NCBI GenBank assembly: GCA_021786315.1
Contig: JAJYNN010000002.1
Location: forward strand, 31,370 to 95,369
Direction of reading: 5' to 3'
Length of the DNA stretch: 64,000 nucleotides
DNA from: a bacterium
GTDB lineage: Bacteria > Patescibacteriota > Microgenomatia > Daviesbacterales > UBA10151
Shown here: piece after piece, positions 28,289 to 38,203 of the stretch
How the letters are laid out: each line of letters opens with the position of its first letter
Numbering within the stretch: the stretch's first letter is position 1
Made by a program: the position numbers and the translations under genes
Notes under the pieces: generated by a model
Seen by the model: the letters and a program-made list of their open reading frames with translations, nothing else
Told to the model about the DNA's origin: nothing
Database searches by the model: none

Positions 28289-30041
28289 TATCTACTTTTT
28301 TCCTTGCGAGGAGTTCCTGGGGGTTGGTGGTGATTAAATTATGCTCTTCTTCTGAGGCAACTACCCTCATGGCAACGTGGGTATTGCCGGCAAAGAACAA
28401 TCCCTGGCCGATACTGCCTGCCTGCAGGATCCTTTTTTCTCCTTGGGAAAGGTTAAAGACCTGGCCTAAGGTTTCCACGGAAATAGGCGCTTGTTTTAGT
28501 AGAACCTGCATGGCGGAGTTGGAAATAATTTCCTTGCCCCGGTCGGTGCCTAAGAAATCCTCCACATCTTGGCTGATAGTGGTTACTCCTAAGAAATATT
28601 TACGTGAACGTTTAACCATCTCTACTAAGAAGGCGGCGGAATCGGGATACTTCATCATGTACCAGGCTTCATCTACTACCAGGATCCTTTTCTTAAGCTC
28701 CCGCCTGATCTTTGTCCAAACATAATCCAGGATCAGGTACATAGCCAAAGGCCGCAGCTGGTCGGGAAGTTCGCGGACGGAAAAGACGGTAAAAGGATTG
28801 TCTAATTTGATATTGGAGTGGGTAGAGAAAATCCCGGATAGTGATCCTTTAATAAACCTCTCTAGTCTTACAGCTAAGGAGTTGGCTATTTGGTCTTCCA
28901 TGCCGATTAAGACTTTATACAGATCCTCCATAAGGGGCGGTTCGGCTCCGGCGGGCATGTTGGTGGAGGTAATTCCTTTGAGGCGGTAAGTCGTATTTAG
29001 TGCCCGGTCTAAGATTGCTGCTTCCTGGGAATTAAGATCCCCTAAAACCAGCTTCAAAAATCCAATTAAAGAAAGGATTTTTCTTCCCAACTCATCCTCG
29101 CCTCTGTCGGCCACTTCCGGCAAGTCAAAGGGGTTAATCTTTACCGGTGAGTTTGAGGAGAAGCTAATATAATCCCCGCCCACGGCTTTAGCTAAATCGG
29201 CATACTCCCTTTCCGGATCGATCACGATAACCTCAGTGCCCAGCATTAACGACCTTAAGGCCTCAAGTTTGACGAAGTAGGATTTACCGCTGCCGGCCGT
29301 GGCCAAAACTACCGAGTTGGCGTTTTCCCCTCCAAAGCGGTCGTAAATAATTAAGGAATCATTATGTTCGTTGATCCCGTAAATTACCCCTTCAGCCGAC
29401 ATCAGTTCAGAAGATGTAAAAGGGAAAGTGGTGGCCAAAGAGGTGGTATCCATGTTGTGGGTCAGGTACAAAAGATCCTGGCCTAACGGCTCGGTGCAGA
29501 TAAACCCTTCCTGCATCTGTAAAATCGAAGGTCTGACAGTCACTGAAATACTTCCTAAGGTTGATTCAACGAGTTGAGATTTGTTGTCGAGCTCGGTTTT
29601 GGACCTGGCGGGAGCAGTAATATATAGGCTGTATTGGAAAAATCTTTCGGCGCCTTTGGCCAGTTGTTCCTGTAAATCCCGGGCATCTTCCAAGGCCACG
29701 GTAACTGAGGGGTCGATCACCCGGCCCCGTTCAACGTCGGTCTGAATGGTTGCCTCCATCTCGGCGATCTTTCTTTTTAGATCATCCAGAACTCCGGCAG
29801 ATTTAGTAGGGTATATAAACATGGAAATATATAAGGAATGCTCAAAAGAAACGAGTGGTTCCAGCCAATTGGGTTGAACAAATCTGGGGTATCCCGAAGC
29901 ATAAAAGGTGCGGTAAACACTGTTACAAAGCCGAAGATACGAAAAATCCACCTCCATCTCTAAAGGTGCAACGACATCTTCAATATTTAGCCCTGTGGAA
30001 ACAGGAGCTGGTTGGTTAGTTTTTTTACGGCCCAAAATCAT
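28281..30041 (-). CDS. VirB4/TraE/TrsE-family T4SS ATPase, C-terminal ATPase portion
   Basis: Walker A LATAGSGKS, Walker B ILVVDEAW, conserved YYRTF...GYP middle region and TTISQDVED block. Confidence 0.85.
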   Translation of the reverse strand: MILGRKKTNQPAPVSTGLNIEDVVAPLEMEVDFSYLRLCNSVYRTFYASGYPRFVQPNWLEPLVSFEHSLYISMFIYPTKSAGVLDDLKRKIAEMEATIQTDVERGRVIDPSVTVALEDARDLQEQLAKGAERFFQYSLYITAPARSKTELDNKSQLVESTLGSISVTVRPSILQMQEGFICTEPLGQDLLYLTHNMDTTSLATTFPFTSSELMSAEGVIYGINEHNDSLIIYDRFGGENANSVVLATAGSGKSYFVKLEALRSLMLGTEVIVIDPEREYADLAKAVGGDYISFSSNSPVKINPFDLPEVADRGEDELGRKILSLIGFLKLVLGDLNSQEAAILDRALNTTYRLKGITSTNMPAGAEPPLMEDLYKVLIGMEDQIANSLAVRLERFIKGSLSGIFSTHSNIKLDNPFTVFSVRELPDQLRPLAMYLILDYVWTKIRRELKKRILVVDEAWYMMKYPDSAAFLVEMVKRSRKYFLGVTTISQDVEDFLGTDRGKEIISNSAMQVLLKQAPISVETLGQVFNLSQGEKRILQAGSIGQGLFFAGNTHVAMRVVASEEEHNLITTNPQELLARKKVDNG

Positions 30042-30870
30042 CGTTTAACTCTTCCACGACAAATGGGGGAGAAAGGGGGGTGGTGGATGAAGGAGCTGGG
30101 GCAGAGGGAATGGGAGTTTGGGGTATGGGGTGAGGCGCAAAAGCTGGTTGAGTGGGAGCGGGTTGAGGTAAAGGTGCAGTAGTTTGGGGAGCAGCTACTT
30201 CCACAGGTTGGTTTATTAGCTTCTTGTCTTCACCGGCCACCTGGTCTACTGATTTATCTGATTTTCTGGCTTCCGGCTTCTGTTTTCCATCCTCCAGGCT
30301 AAACTGGTTTTCCGGATAAGGTGGGTTATAGATGTTGTAAAAGAGGGTCACCAGGTCAGGGGTGGTCATTTGTCTGGACTTTAACCCTAACCTGGAAAGT
30401 TGCCTAATGACGTGGTCTCGCCTGGGGGCAAGCACCGTGGTTGCCCGTTTGCTTTTGTCGGCAATATTTTTAGGTAAAACTCCGAGCTCCACCGGATTTA
30501 CCGCCAGGCAAACATAAAATTGTTTATCCAGGACGTTTTTCTCCTTAATAATACCGGCCACAAATTCGCGGTAACGGGCGGTCATGTTTTTTAACAGGGG
30601 ATTAGTCTGGGTGGCCAAAGCCTTATCTAAAGTTGACAGGTATGATGAGACATCCAGCCTTCTGGACTGGACAACAATTTGGATAGGGAAGGAGAGGGAG
30701 TTTAAAAACCCGGCAAAGGATTCAATAATCGACATTTGCTCAGTTTCAAAAAGCAGCCCGAAGTTCACAGCGGAGGTAGAAATGACCATAGTTACCCCTC
30801 CGTTTTTTAAAAAGACTAAATTATCTTTAATATCGGCAATAGGTACAAAACTTTGGCTACGATTGACCAT
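30025..30870 (-). CDS. VirB4 N-terminal domain encoded as a separate ORF with a Pro-rich C-terminal linker
   Basis: PIADIKDNLVFLKNGGVTMVI...SEEQ pattern typical of the VirB4/CagE N-terminal region; 17-nt overlap with the ATPase ORF in another frame. Confidence 0.5.
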   Translation of the reverse strand: MVNRSQSFVPIADIKDNLVFLKNGGVTMVISTSAVNFGLLFETEQMSIIESFAGFLNSLSFPIQIVVQSRRLDVSSYLSTLDKALATQTNPLLKNMTARYREFVAGIIKEKNVLDKQFYVCLAVNPVELGVLPKNIADKSKRATTVLAPRRDHVIRQLSRLGLKSRQMTTPDLVTLFYNIYNPPYPENQFSLEDGKQKPEARKSDKSVDQVAGEDKKLINQPVEVAAPQTTAPLPQPAPTQPAFAPHPIPQTPIPSAPAPSSTTPLSPPFVVEELNDDFGP

Positions 30871-32062
30871 TTTCTGCTTTCTTTGGATGGATTGTAATTG
30901 GCTGAATAACCTCCCCTTCTAAAGAAATTTGTAAGGTATCAAATTCCATGTTCTCTTTTTCCATGGTTAAGTTGTAGGTTCCTGAGGGGAGTGGAGTGGC
31001 GCCACTGAATTGTCCCAGCTTATTTGTCTTTAACGCCCTTACCGGAAGGCCCTCGCTGTTATGGATAATAACAATTACTCCTTCCAGGAAGTTGCCTGCT
31101 TCATCAGAGATAACTCCGTTGATGACGTTGGGGAGCGAAGTTAGGGTGATCTGGGTCTTAACCTCTTTTTTGGGTTCTACTACCACCACATGAGCTTTTT
31201 GGGGTTGCACAACTGGGGTCGGTACAGCAACAGGGTTTTGGGGTGTGGGCTGAGCGGTTACCTGGTTGATTTGGGAAGTTTGTTGATATAGTTTTCCGGT
31301 TTGGGCAACCAGGTTTTGTAAGTTTTGGGAAGCTTGTTGGAATTTTGCAGCGTATTCCGGCCCCGCGATTTCTTTTTGGGCGGCCATGCTCCGGAGAACT
31401 TGGATTTGCCTTTCGGCTTCGGCGATTTTGGATTGTAATAAATGCGCCTCATTAGCCATAGCTACCAATTTGGATAGGTTTTCACTGGAGGGGAGCGCTG
31501 TTGGCGCAGGATTGGTTTGGGTTGTTGTTTGCAGCTGTGGTGTTGGCTCAGGAGCAGGACTTGGACCAGGTGTTGAGGAAAGTGGTGCCTGTGTTTGAGA
31601 TACCGGGGTTGAAGACGGTGCCAAGCGGGTCATCCTTGGCAGAGGTGCGGCAGATTTGGGCTGGGGAGCGGGAGATGTTACCCCAATATTAGTCAGGTAT
31701 CGTTGCAGACGGTTCTTAAAGAGGGGATCGTTGTCGCTAACCTTATTTTTTTGGCCTGTGATTACCCAAAAGCCTTGGGTAGGCGAGTAAATGGCCTTAA
31801 GAAATGCCAAAACCCAGTGATCTAGAGGCCGGTCAAAGATAGGCACAAAAGCAAAGGCTATGCCGGTTAGGGTTGAGACTGTAATAATAGGCAGAGCCAG
31901 AAAAATATTTACCGGGAAGAGCAGGGTAAAAGATACATAGGCAATGGCAAAGCCGGTAGCCAGATACCCAAACTGTTTTAAGGTCATATCTCCCACCAAA
32001 CGGAACTGGAAGGAAGTGACGTTTTGGGGGACAGGATGATCTAGCATAGCAAAAGGGATCAT
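30857..32062 (-). CDS. PrgI/VirB3-like membrane protein fused to Pro-rich linker, coiled coil and C-terminal CarboxypepD_reg-like beta-sandwich domain
   Basis: N-terminal FQFRLVGDMTLKQF plus two TM helices (PrgI-family pattern); C-terminal GVISDEAGNFLEGVIVII...GxYNL pattern of carboxypeptidase regulatory-like domains. Confidence 0.45.
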   Translation of the reverse strand: MIPFAMLDHPVPQNVTSFQFRLVGDMTLKQFGYLATGFAIAYVSFTLLFPVNIFLALPIITVSTLTGIAFAFVPIFDRPLDHWVLAFLKAIYSPTQGFWVITGQKNKVSDNDPLFKNRLQRYLTNIGVTSPAPQPKSAAPLPRMTRLAPSSTPVSQTQAPLSSTPGPSPAPEPTPQLQTTTQTNPAPTALPSSENLSKLVAMANEAHLLQSKIAEAERQIQVLRSMAAQKEIAGPEYAAKFQQASQNLQNLVAQTGKLYQQTSQINQVTAQPTPQNPVAVPTPVVQPQKAHVVVVEPKKEVKTQITLTSLPNVINGVISDEAGNFLEGVIVIIHNSEGLPVRALKTNKLGQFSGATPLPSGTYNLTMEKENMEFDTLQISLEGEVIQPITIHPKKAENGQS

Positions 32063-32400
32063 ATAGCGTGAAAAATGGGTCGTCTAGGGGCTCAAAATGG
32101 GTCATTTCCGACCTATCCTTACTTATTTAATTCACAAGATGAAAAAATAAACCCAAAAATTGGGTAATTGACACAAAAATTTAAAGTTGTTAACGTAATT
32201 TCCGTGGTGTACCGGGTCAGTATTTTTGGCCCAAGGTACATAGGGAATCTTGTGTAAATCAAGAACTGTGCCGCAACGGTAATCCAGAATGTCGGAATAT
32301 CGGAGCGTCGGAACGTCAGAAAATTTAAATTCTGAAACGCTGATACTCTGAAACGCTAACACAATGGTTAAGTCCGGAGACCGACCACAATCCAAAATAT

Positions 32401-32703
32401 TTGGATCAATCCCGTTGCAGGAATATGACAGAGATATTTTTAAATCCTCTAAAATTAGATCAAGCTAATTCATCTAGCAGTTGCACTCCTGATCCTTCTC
32501 TCTTCGAAGAAGTTGTCGACCATGCTTCTAGAATTTCCCGTTTCGATTTAGAAATCCAACAAAAACCTGATCAGCCAGCCAACCAAATGCTGTTACAGGC
32601 CCTAACACTAACCCCTTATTTTTCCTGTCCTAAATGCGGCCAGGTTATCTTTTTAGGGCCGGAGAAATCGGGCTGTTGTAGCTGCTGTAAAACAGATGCT
32701 TAA
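32401..32703 (+). CDS. small Cys-rich protein (zinc-ribbon-like C-terminus)
   Basis: CPKCG...CCSCCK at the C-terminus; start uncertain. Confidence 0.3.
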   Translation: MDQSRCRNMTEIFLNPLKLDQANSSSSCTPDPSLFEEVVDHASRISRFDLEIQQKPDQPANQMLLQALTLTPYFSCPKCGQVIFLGPEKSGCCSCCKTDA

Positions 32704-32791
32704 TGTTTGACAGGCTCTAGAGTTTACGCGTACACTTAACTTGAGATTTGTCCCCTAAAGTGCTATAATTATAGGCTTTCATGGAGGACCT

Positions 32792-35230
32792 ATGTCAAAA
32801 GAATTTATGAGTGAAATTGGGTCAGAAATAGCACCAGGATCAGGATCTGGTTTTGTGGAAAATTCCTCTACTGGAGATCAAGGCAGTTCTCCGTCATCTA
32901 GTGAAATACTCAGTTCTCCTGTTACTTCTCCGGAATCAAAAACAACTTCAACAGATGATTTGATTATAAAAGAAGATGGCCATTTTTGGGTAGCTTATGA
33001 TTCTTCAGGTCACGAAGTTAGAAGATTTCCAAAAGTTGAAGGTGGGGCGCCTCGGGGTCGAGGCTTGGATCAAGAATTTCTCGAAGCAGAAGCCGCGAAA
33101 TTAGCAGCGGAAACAGATCCTTATAAAATTATTGCCACTGTAGATGGGATGGCTATTGGGGAAGCTGGGAAACTAGCGATCTTATTGCAAGTAGATAAGC
33201 TGCGGGGAGAACAGCCGTATTTAGTTTGGGAGAGAGTAGAGAACCTAATTCGGGGTATAGAAGCCCAGGGGGCTGAATTTCCTGATGGAACAGCCTCATC
33301 CCTTGCCAATATTGTCAACGAGGGATTGTCATCCAACGATGAGCTGCGTTCGAAACTGTTTAATTTAATTTTAGCCCGTTACCGTTATCAAAACATAAGC
33401 TACGGTATAGAAGTTGTGGGACTGGAGACTGCGGCGAAACATTTTGGTAATTTAAATGGAAAACAAAATGAAGCTATTTTGGGATTAGGTGGCGTCACTC
33501 AGGCGCTTGAGCTGTCTAACCGCCAGGATGTGGTCAGGCAAAAAGATGGTCTCTCAGATCTGGCTAAAAACGTTAACAACCGGATGACTATTGCCCGGGG
33601 AATTCTGGATGGTAAGGATTCAGTGGGGGTGGCTACAAAGAGAGATGAATATCACAAGCTTTTCCCTGACGTTGATATTGACGCTTTAATAAGCAGCGGG
33701 CATATGGAGGAATTATTCGCTTTAGATCTAAGCCTGCTTGCTGTAGTAGAAAAAAAAGGAACAGAAGCTGGCAAGGAAGATTTTATAAAAGCGGTCGATA
33801 AGGTGGCTAAAGTGGGCGATCGAACTTTTACTGATGCAGAGAAAGAAGCCTTAAAGAAATGGTGGGAATCGAGAAATGAGTTGGAACAACGGGCTTTAAG
33901 CAGATTGCAGCATGAAACTGTACGGGCATTTGATTTAGCCAAAAAAGCGATGAATGTGGTAGGAATTACCGGCAGGTATGACAGCCCGGTTGTCCGGACC
34001 GGTAAAGGCGCCAATGATTTTACTTTCTTGGATATTTATAGAGAGCTTGATCCGATTGTTTCCTATGAAGATGCCGCAGGGGAGAAGCTCGAAGTACACC
34101 TTAATTCTGTGGCTGATATAGCAGACGTTGTAAGAACTATCCGCGATGGGTCTGGAAGAGCAGGGATTGTGGCTATTGCCGGTGAAGATGCTGTCGCGAA
34201 AAAAGAAACTGAAACTAAAAAGAGTATTCTGGATGCGAGTGAAGACGATTTAATTAAATTAATCAGAGAAGGAATGTCCAAGGTAGCTACCAGGGCCCAG
34301 GTCGAAGCGATGGCAGCAATCATACCTGATGTCAGAATAAGAAATGGGCTGATTGATTTATGGGCAGTAGATAAGATTAAAAAAGGTGACGAGGCAGTTG
34401 TTAAAGACATTAAAGCAAAGCATGAGAGGGGTGAGGATGTTGGTTTAGATGACTTGAAAGATCTGGATTTAGGTTACTCTTATAAGATTGCCATGGCCTG
34501 GGATAAGGCCTTGCGGGAATACTTTGTAAAACATTGGGATGAAATTTCGATCCCGTTATCTTTACAGGGGAGTGCCCCAACTTCCCTTAAAAGGGCTTAC
34601 TATTTTCCAGCCTTTATTCCCAGAACGTCTAATGCTGATAGAGGCCGGGCAGGTTATCTTTGGAGATATTCCCATCTTAACGCGCTCGATTTAATGAGCT
34701 ATACAGGCAGGTCTTCTATTGTCGACCAGCTCAAAAATTGGGGTGATGACATCGGGATTATTCTTTCTTGGAGCGGAAGGCTAAAAGGAGCGGATGATAT
34801 GCGTAAAGTAATCGCTGCCGGAGGAGAGGTGGCACTCTTGGATAGTCCTGATGTGCTTAATAGCCCTATTACTTCTTTACCGAAGCTAAAAGGGAAAGCT
34901 GCTTATGTTCCACCAGAAGAGCTTCGTGACTATATGGGGCATTGGGCAGAGGGTGTATCAATATTTTTGAGAAAGTTTAACCGACAAACATTTGGTGGGA
35001 AATTTAAGAATGTTGATGTGAGTTCTGAATATGAAACTTATAAAGCCTTAACTGCTCAGGGAGTTATAGATCAGAACGTAGAAAAAGAGCTTGTAAGAAG
35101 AGAGTTTGGTTTCTGGGGGTATTTTAAAGCAGAAGTTATTTTATTTGTTCAAAGAGCGGATTGGGGAGGGGCGTTTGGAGATGCCTTAAAGAAATTTTTA
35201 AGCGCACTTGGTTTAGGTTCAGGAAAATAA
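32792..35230 (+). CDS. large hypothetical protein (812 aa) inside the T4SS-like locus
   Basis: No TM helix or recognisable catalytic motif; S/T-rich disordered N-terminus. Confidence 0.4.
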   Translation: MSKEFMSEIGSEIAPGSGSGFVENSSTGDQGSSPSSSEILSSPVTSPESKTTSTDDLIIKEDGHFWVAYDSSGHEVRRFPKVEGGAPRGRGLDQEFLEAEAAKLAAETDPYKIIATVDGMAIGEAGKLAILLQVDKLRGEQPYLVWERVENLIRGIEAQGAEFPDGTASSLANIVNEGLSSNDELRSKLFNLILARYRYQNISYGIEVVGLETAAKHFGNLNGKQNEAILGLGGVTQALELSNRQDVVRQKDGLSDLAKNVNNRMTIARGILDGKDSVGVATKRDEYHKLFPDVDIDALISSGHMEELFALDLSLLAVVEKKGTEAGKEDFIKAVDKVAKVGDRTFTDAEKEALKKWWESRNELEQRALSRLQHETVRAFDLAKKAMNVVGITGRYDSPVVRTGKGANDFTFLDIYRELDPIVSYEDAAGEKLEVHLNSVADIADVVRTIRDGSGRAGIVAIAGEDAVAKKETETKKSILDASEDDLIKLIREGMSKVATRAQVEAMAAIIPDVRIRNGLIDLWAVDKIKKGDEAVVKDIKAKHERGEDVGLDDLKDLDLGYSYKIAMAWDKALREYFVKHWDEISIPLSLQGSAPTSLKRAYYFPAFIPRTSNADRGRAGYLWRYSHLNALDLMSYTGRSSIVDQLKNWGDDIGIILSWSGRLKGADDMRKVIAAGGEVALLDSPDVLNSPITSLPKLKGKAAYVPPEELRDYMGHWAEGVSIFLRKFNRQTFGGKFKNVDVSSEYETYKALTAQGVIDQNVEKELVRREFGFWGYFKAEVILFVQRADWGGAFGDALKKFLSALGLGSGK

Positions 35231-35235
35231 TTTAA

Positions 35236-37047
35236 TTAAGGTAAGATTCGCCCTATTCTACTCCGAGTATCTGTGGGAGTAGGGCCAAGTCCCATTTTCT
35301 CTTTTTCTTTCGCTTCTGTATAAGCTTTATTTTGTTGTTTAAATCTGGAGGTCAGTTTTCCGTAGAAAGCTTGGCTTACACCCATACCACCCATGAAGCC
35401 TCCAATTATTGATTTGCCAAATAATGGATTATCTTTGATTCCAAAGGCACCCTTAACTGCGTCAGGTATAGAAGGAACCATAAGCAGAACACCATAAGCT
35501 AGAAGTAGACGTAAAAAGTCAGGGCTTAAATTTCCCAAAAGAGGAATGGTACCTGTAAAATTACCCGGATTGCCGGTTACGTTAAAGGGTGCACTCTGCC
35601 ATTTTAAAAGATAAGCAGCAAAAAGTAGTGCGGCAAAAACCGCTGGAAAGACCATCAAATTTCCTAACATATTTTTAATCCAGCTTCCCAAAACGTTTTG
35701 TCTTCCGGGAATACTACCTAAGAGGAACTGGAGGGGAGCTGTGACTGTATTTATTAAAATTGATATGTAAGATGTGATTAATCCGAATACGGTTTTAAAC
35801 ATGGCGATGAGTAATGCAATTATTAAGATAATATATAGCAAAAGCCCAACAATTCCTCCGGCAATATTAAAGTGGGTTAATGCAAAAACTATTCCGCTGC
35901 CGCCGATACATCCAACTGTTTTTTTAGGGTCAAGTGAAAACCCGATACCGAATGGTTTGATATCAATACTAGTAAGCCCTCCAAGCGGGCCCTCATCAAT
36001 AATTTTTTGTCCTAAATAACATCCCACTGCAGCAGAGGTTAGATCGATCATAGTGCCCAAAGGTCCTTGTTTGATGTAATCTAGTGTTTGGGCTGTAGTC
36101 CCGGCAAGTTCCCAGGGGGCATTACTGGTGGGGGAGCTATATTGGCCTACTATGAACGGGCTGAACAGACTAAAAATGTTTTGGCCGCTGAGCAAATTCT
36201 CGGTAGTATTTTTTTGCCCATCAATGATTCCTTCTTGTTCAAAAACTTTGCCTACCAAGTGTACTGAAACAAAAGTGACATCCACTACTAAGGCAGCTAA
36301 AAAGTAGCTGAAAGTAATTAGTATTAAACCGACGACTAGTCCTGGAAGAGCGCTTTGGGCGGAAATAACAGTTTGGGGGTTAATTTTTTGACGGAACATA
36401 ATCATAAAACCTATTACCAGGAAAATAAAAATCATCGCCAGATAGGAGATATTTCTGGCTAGTTTCCATAAAGGTAGGATGGGTGACAAAACATCATTCC
36501 CTGATCCTCTAACCTGGGCGTAAGCAGGTGTAATAATTCCCATACCCTTCCCTGCATCTGCAATATAATCTGCAGCAATTAACGGAGGGGTGGCATAAAG
36601 ATAAGAAATAAAGTAAGTCATTGAGCCGATTGCTCCTCCTGAGGAGATAAATGTTTCCTTGGGAACCATAGTTCCGGCTTTTGGTCCTTGAGTTTCCCTT
36701 TGATATTCGATACAGGGCTGACCAATGATAGAGGATCCTTCCGCTAAACAGCTAAAGGTATGAATTAGATTTATTACTACCATGTTGGCATATTGAGGTG
36801 ATTGATTGGAAAAATTAAGGGAAGTTGGTTGGACAAGTGCAGCGTCTGGAGTGGCAGGTTGAGTTTGGGCTTGAACTGAACTCGCGAAAAACCAGGAACT
36901 GACTATGAGCAGGAAGCTAACCAGGAAACGGGCAGGCATTACATCCAGAATATAATAGTTGGAGTCGAGTTTGCAACCATTAAGGACAGATTGGAGCAAA
37001 GCCGATACAAAATGTAAGGATATTAGGTACTCCGGTGAAAGCGGCAA
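35236..37047 (-). CDS. VirB6/TrbL-like polytopic membrane protein
   Basis: 603 aa; signal-like N-terminus, at least 8 hydrophobic helices, Gly-rich C-terminal tail; last gene of the pilin operon. Confidence 0.5.
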   Translation of the reverse strand: MPLSPEYLISLHFVSALLQSVLNGCKLDSNYYILDVMPARFLVSFLLIVSSWFFASSVQAQTQPATPDAALVQPTSLNFSNQSPQYANMVVINLIHTFSCLAEGSSIIGQPCIEYQRETQGPKAGTMVPKETFISSGGAIGSMTYFISYLYATPPLIAADYIADAGKGMGIITPAYAQVRGSGNDVLSPILPLWKLARNISYLAMIFIFLVIGFMIMFRQKINPQTVISAQSALPGLVVGLILITFSYFLAALVVDVTFVSVHLVGKVFEQEGIIDGQKNTTENLLSGQNIFSLFSPFIVGQYSSPTSNAPWELAGTTAQTLDYIKQGPLGTMIDLTSAAVGCYLGQKIIDEGPLGGLTSIDIKPFGIGFSLDPKKTVGCIGGSGIVFALTHFNIAGGIVGLLLYIILIIALLIAMFKTVFGLITSYISILINTVTAPLQFLLGSIPGRQNVLGSWIKNMLGNLMVFPAVFAALLFAAYLLKWQSAPFNVTGNPGNFTGTIPLLGNLSPDFLRLLLAYGVLLMVPSIPDAVKGAFGIKDNPLFGKSIIGGFMGGMGVSQAFYGKLTSRFKQQNKAYTEAKEKEKMGLGPTPTDTRSRIGRILP

Positions 37048-37279
37048 TTAGTTTCAGTATTAGCCAGGCAAGGATTAAAAATAGTATCCCTAAAAGTGCC
37101 CAGGTGATAGTGCCGGAGGCAGAACTTAAGGCTTTGGATTCTCCTCCGGAGGTAATCATCCTGATACCGGCCCAAGTCAGCATAATGATGACTAAAATAA
37201 AAGCCACACCCACTGAAAGATTAATAATTCTTTGGATTAGCTCTTGAAGTTGTGTAACACCGGCAGGTCCAGGCCCCAT
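36980..37279 (-). CDS. pilin-like small membrane protein, paralog P5 (VirB2/TrbC-like topology)
   Basis: Two hydrophobic helices; ITSGGESKALSSASGTITWALLGILFLILA motif shared with P1-P4. Confidence 0.5.
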   Translation of the reverse strand: MGPGPAGVTQLQELIQRIINLSVGVAFILVIIMLTWAGIRMITSGGESKALSSASGTITWALLGILFLILAWLILKLIAAFTGVPNILTFCIGFAPICP

Positions 37280-37326
37280 GTAACTAAAGGGTACTAAAAA
37301 AAGGGTAGTGAATCAATAACGGAGAT

Positions 37327-37767
37327 TTATCTGACTGGTGTGGGAGTAACTATGATTGGAGCGGTGGATGTCAGAGAGGGGATAGTTAAGTTGCCCAGGA
37401 TGTTAATGCCTAAGATATTGCCGACTACAAAGACTATCACAAAAGCAAATGCCAAGATTGCGAGGCCGATTAAAGCGTTGGTAATTCTCTTCCGGGCATT
37501 GCCTACAGCCTCCTTGTCACCACCGGAGGTGATCCATTGGAAGGCTCCGATAATCAGCATCACCAATACTGCTAAAGCGGCAACAACGAAAATAATTCTG
37601 ATAAGGTTGGTAAAAAGTACCCCGACAATACCATTGGTGGGGGTGATGGCGGTTCCCGGGGGAGGAGCAACGTTGACTGTAATGTCCGCAAAAGCTTTGC
37701 TGGTGATTGCGAGTGAGCCTAAAGTAGTGAGTAAAGCAGCAACTCTTTTCATGACTGATCTCATCAT
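37327..37767 (-). CDS. pilin-like small membrane protein, paralog P4
   Basis: Signal-like N-terminus; QWITSGGDKEAVGNARKRITNALIGLAIL motif; ~48 nt near-identical to P3. Confidence 0.6.
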   Translation of the reverse strand: MMRSVMKRVAALLTTLGSLAITSKAFADITVNVAPPPGTAITPTNGIVGVLFTNLIRIIFVVAALAVLVMLIIGAFQWITSGGDKEAVGNARKRITNALIGLAILAFAFVIVFVVGNILGINILGNLTIPSLTSTAPIIVTPTPVR

Positions 37768-37801
37768 ATGCCGATTATTATTTACTTGTCAAGCACGGCC
37801 T

Positions 37802-38203
37802 TTATTTAGTTAGCTTGACTTGTCCTTCGAAGAATTGGAATCCGGTAATATCGCCAATGACATTAATAATGACCCAGGCTAAAGCCAAAAGAACTATTCC
37901 AATAATTGCCCAAGTGAGCCTTCTCCGGGCGTTGCCTACAGCCTCCTTGTCACCGCCGGAGGTGATCCATTGAAGACCGCTGATTAAAACCATAAAGATA
38001 AAGATTATCCCTGCCGCCACATAAATTAATTGGATTGTATTGTTTAATACCGTGCTAATGCCTTTACCTCCCGGTCCTAAAGCGGCAATTGGGGTAGGGG
38101 CTTCAACTTTTCCGATGACATCGTCCACACTTTGGGCAGCAGCCAGACTAACTTGTTTTAAAAATATGGCGATACCCAAAAGAGGGACAAGAATTTTTTT
38201 CAT
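37802..38203 (-). CDS. pilin-like small membrane protein, paralog P3
   Basis: Signal peptide plus QWITSGGDKEAVGNARRRLTWAIIGIVLL motif. Confidence 0.6.
   Translation of the reverse strand: MKKILVPLLGIAIFLKQVSLAAAQSVDDVIGKVEAPTPIAALGPGGKGISTVLNNTIQLIYVAAGIIFIFMVLISGLQWITSGGDKEAVGNARRRLTWAIIGIVLLALAWVIINVIGDITGFQFFEGQVKLTK

Noticed and set aside
32132-32395. 87-aa minus-strand ORF upstream of the T4SS operon
   Set aside because: Covers the TCGGAA 8-nt repeat array and AT-rich promoter region; no start-context or motif support.
36980-37047. 68-nt overlap between the VirB6-like ORF start and the P5 pilin-like ORF end
   Set aside because: Probably reflects an over-extended VirB6 start (alternative downstream Met) rather than a true long overlap; not treated as a frameshift.
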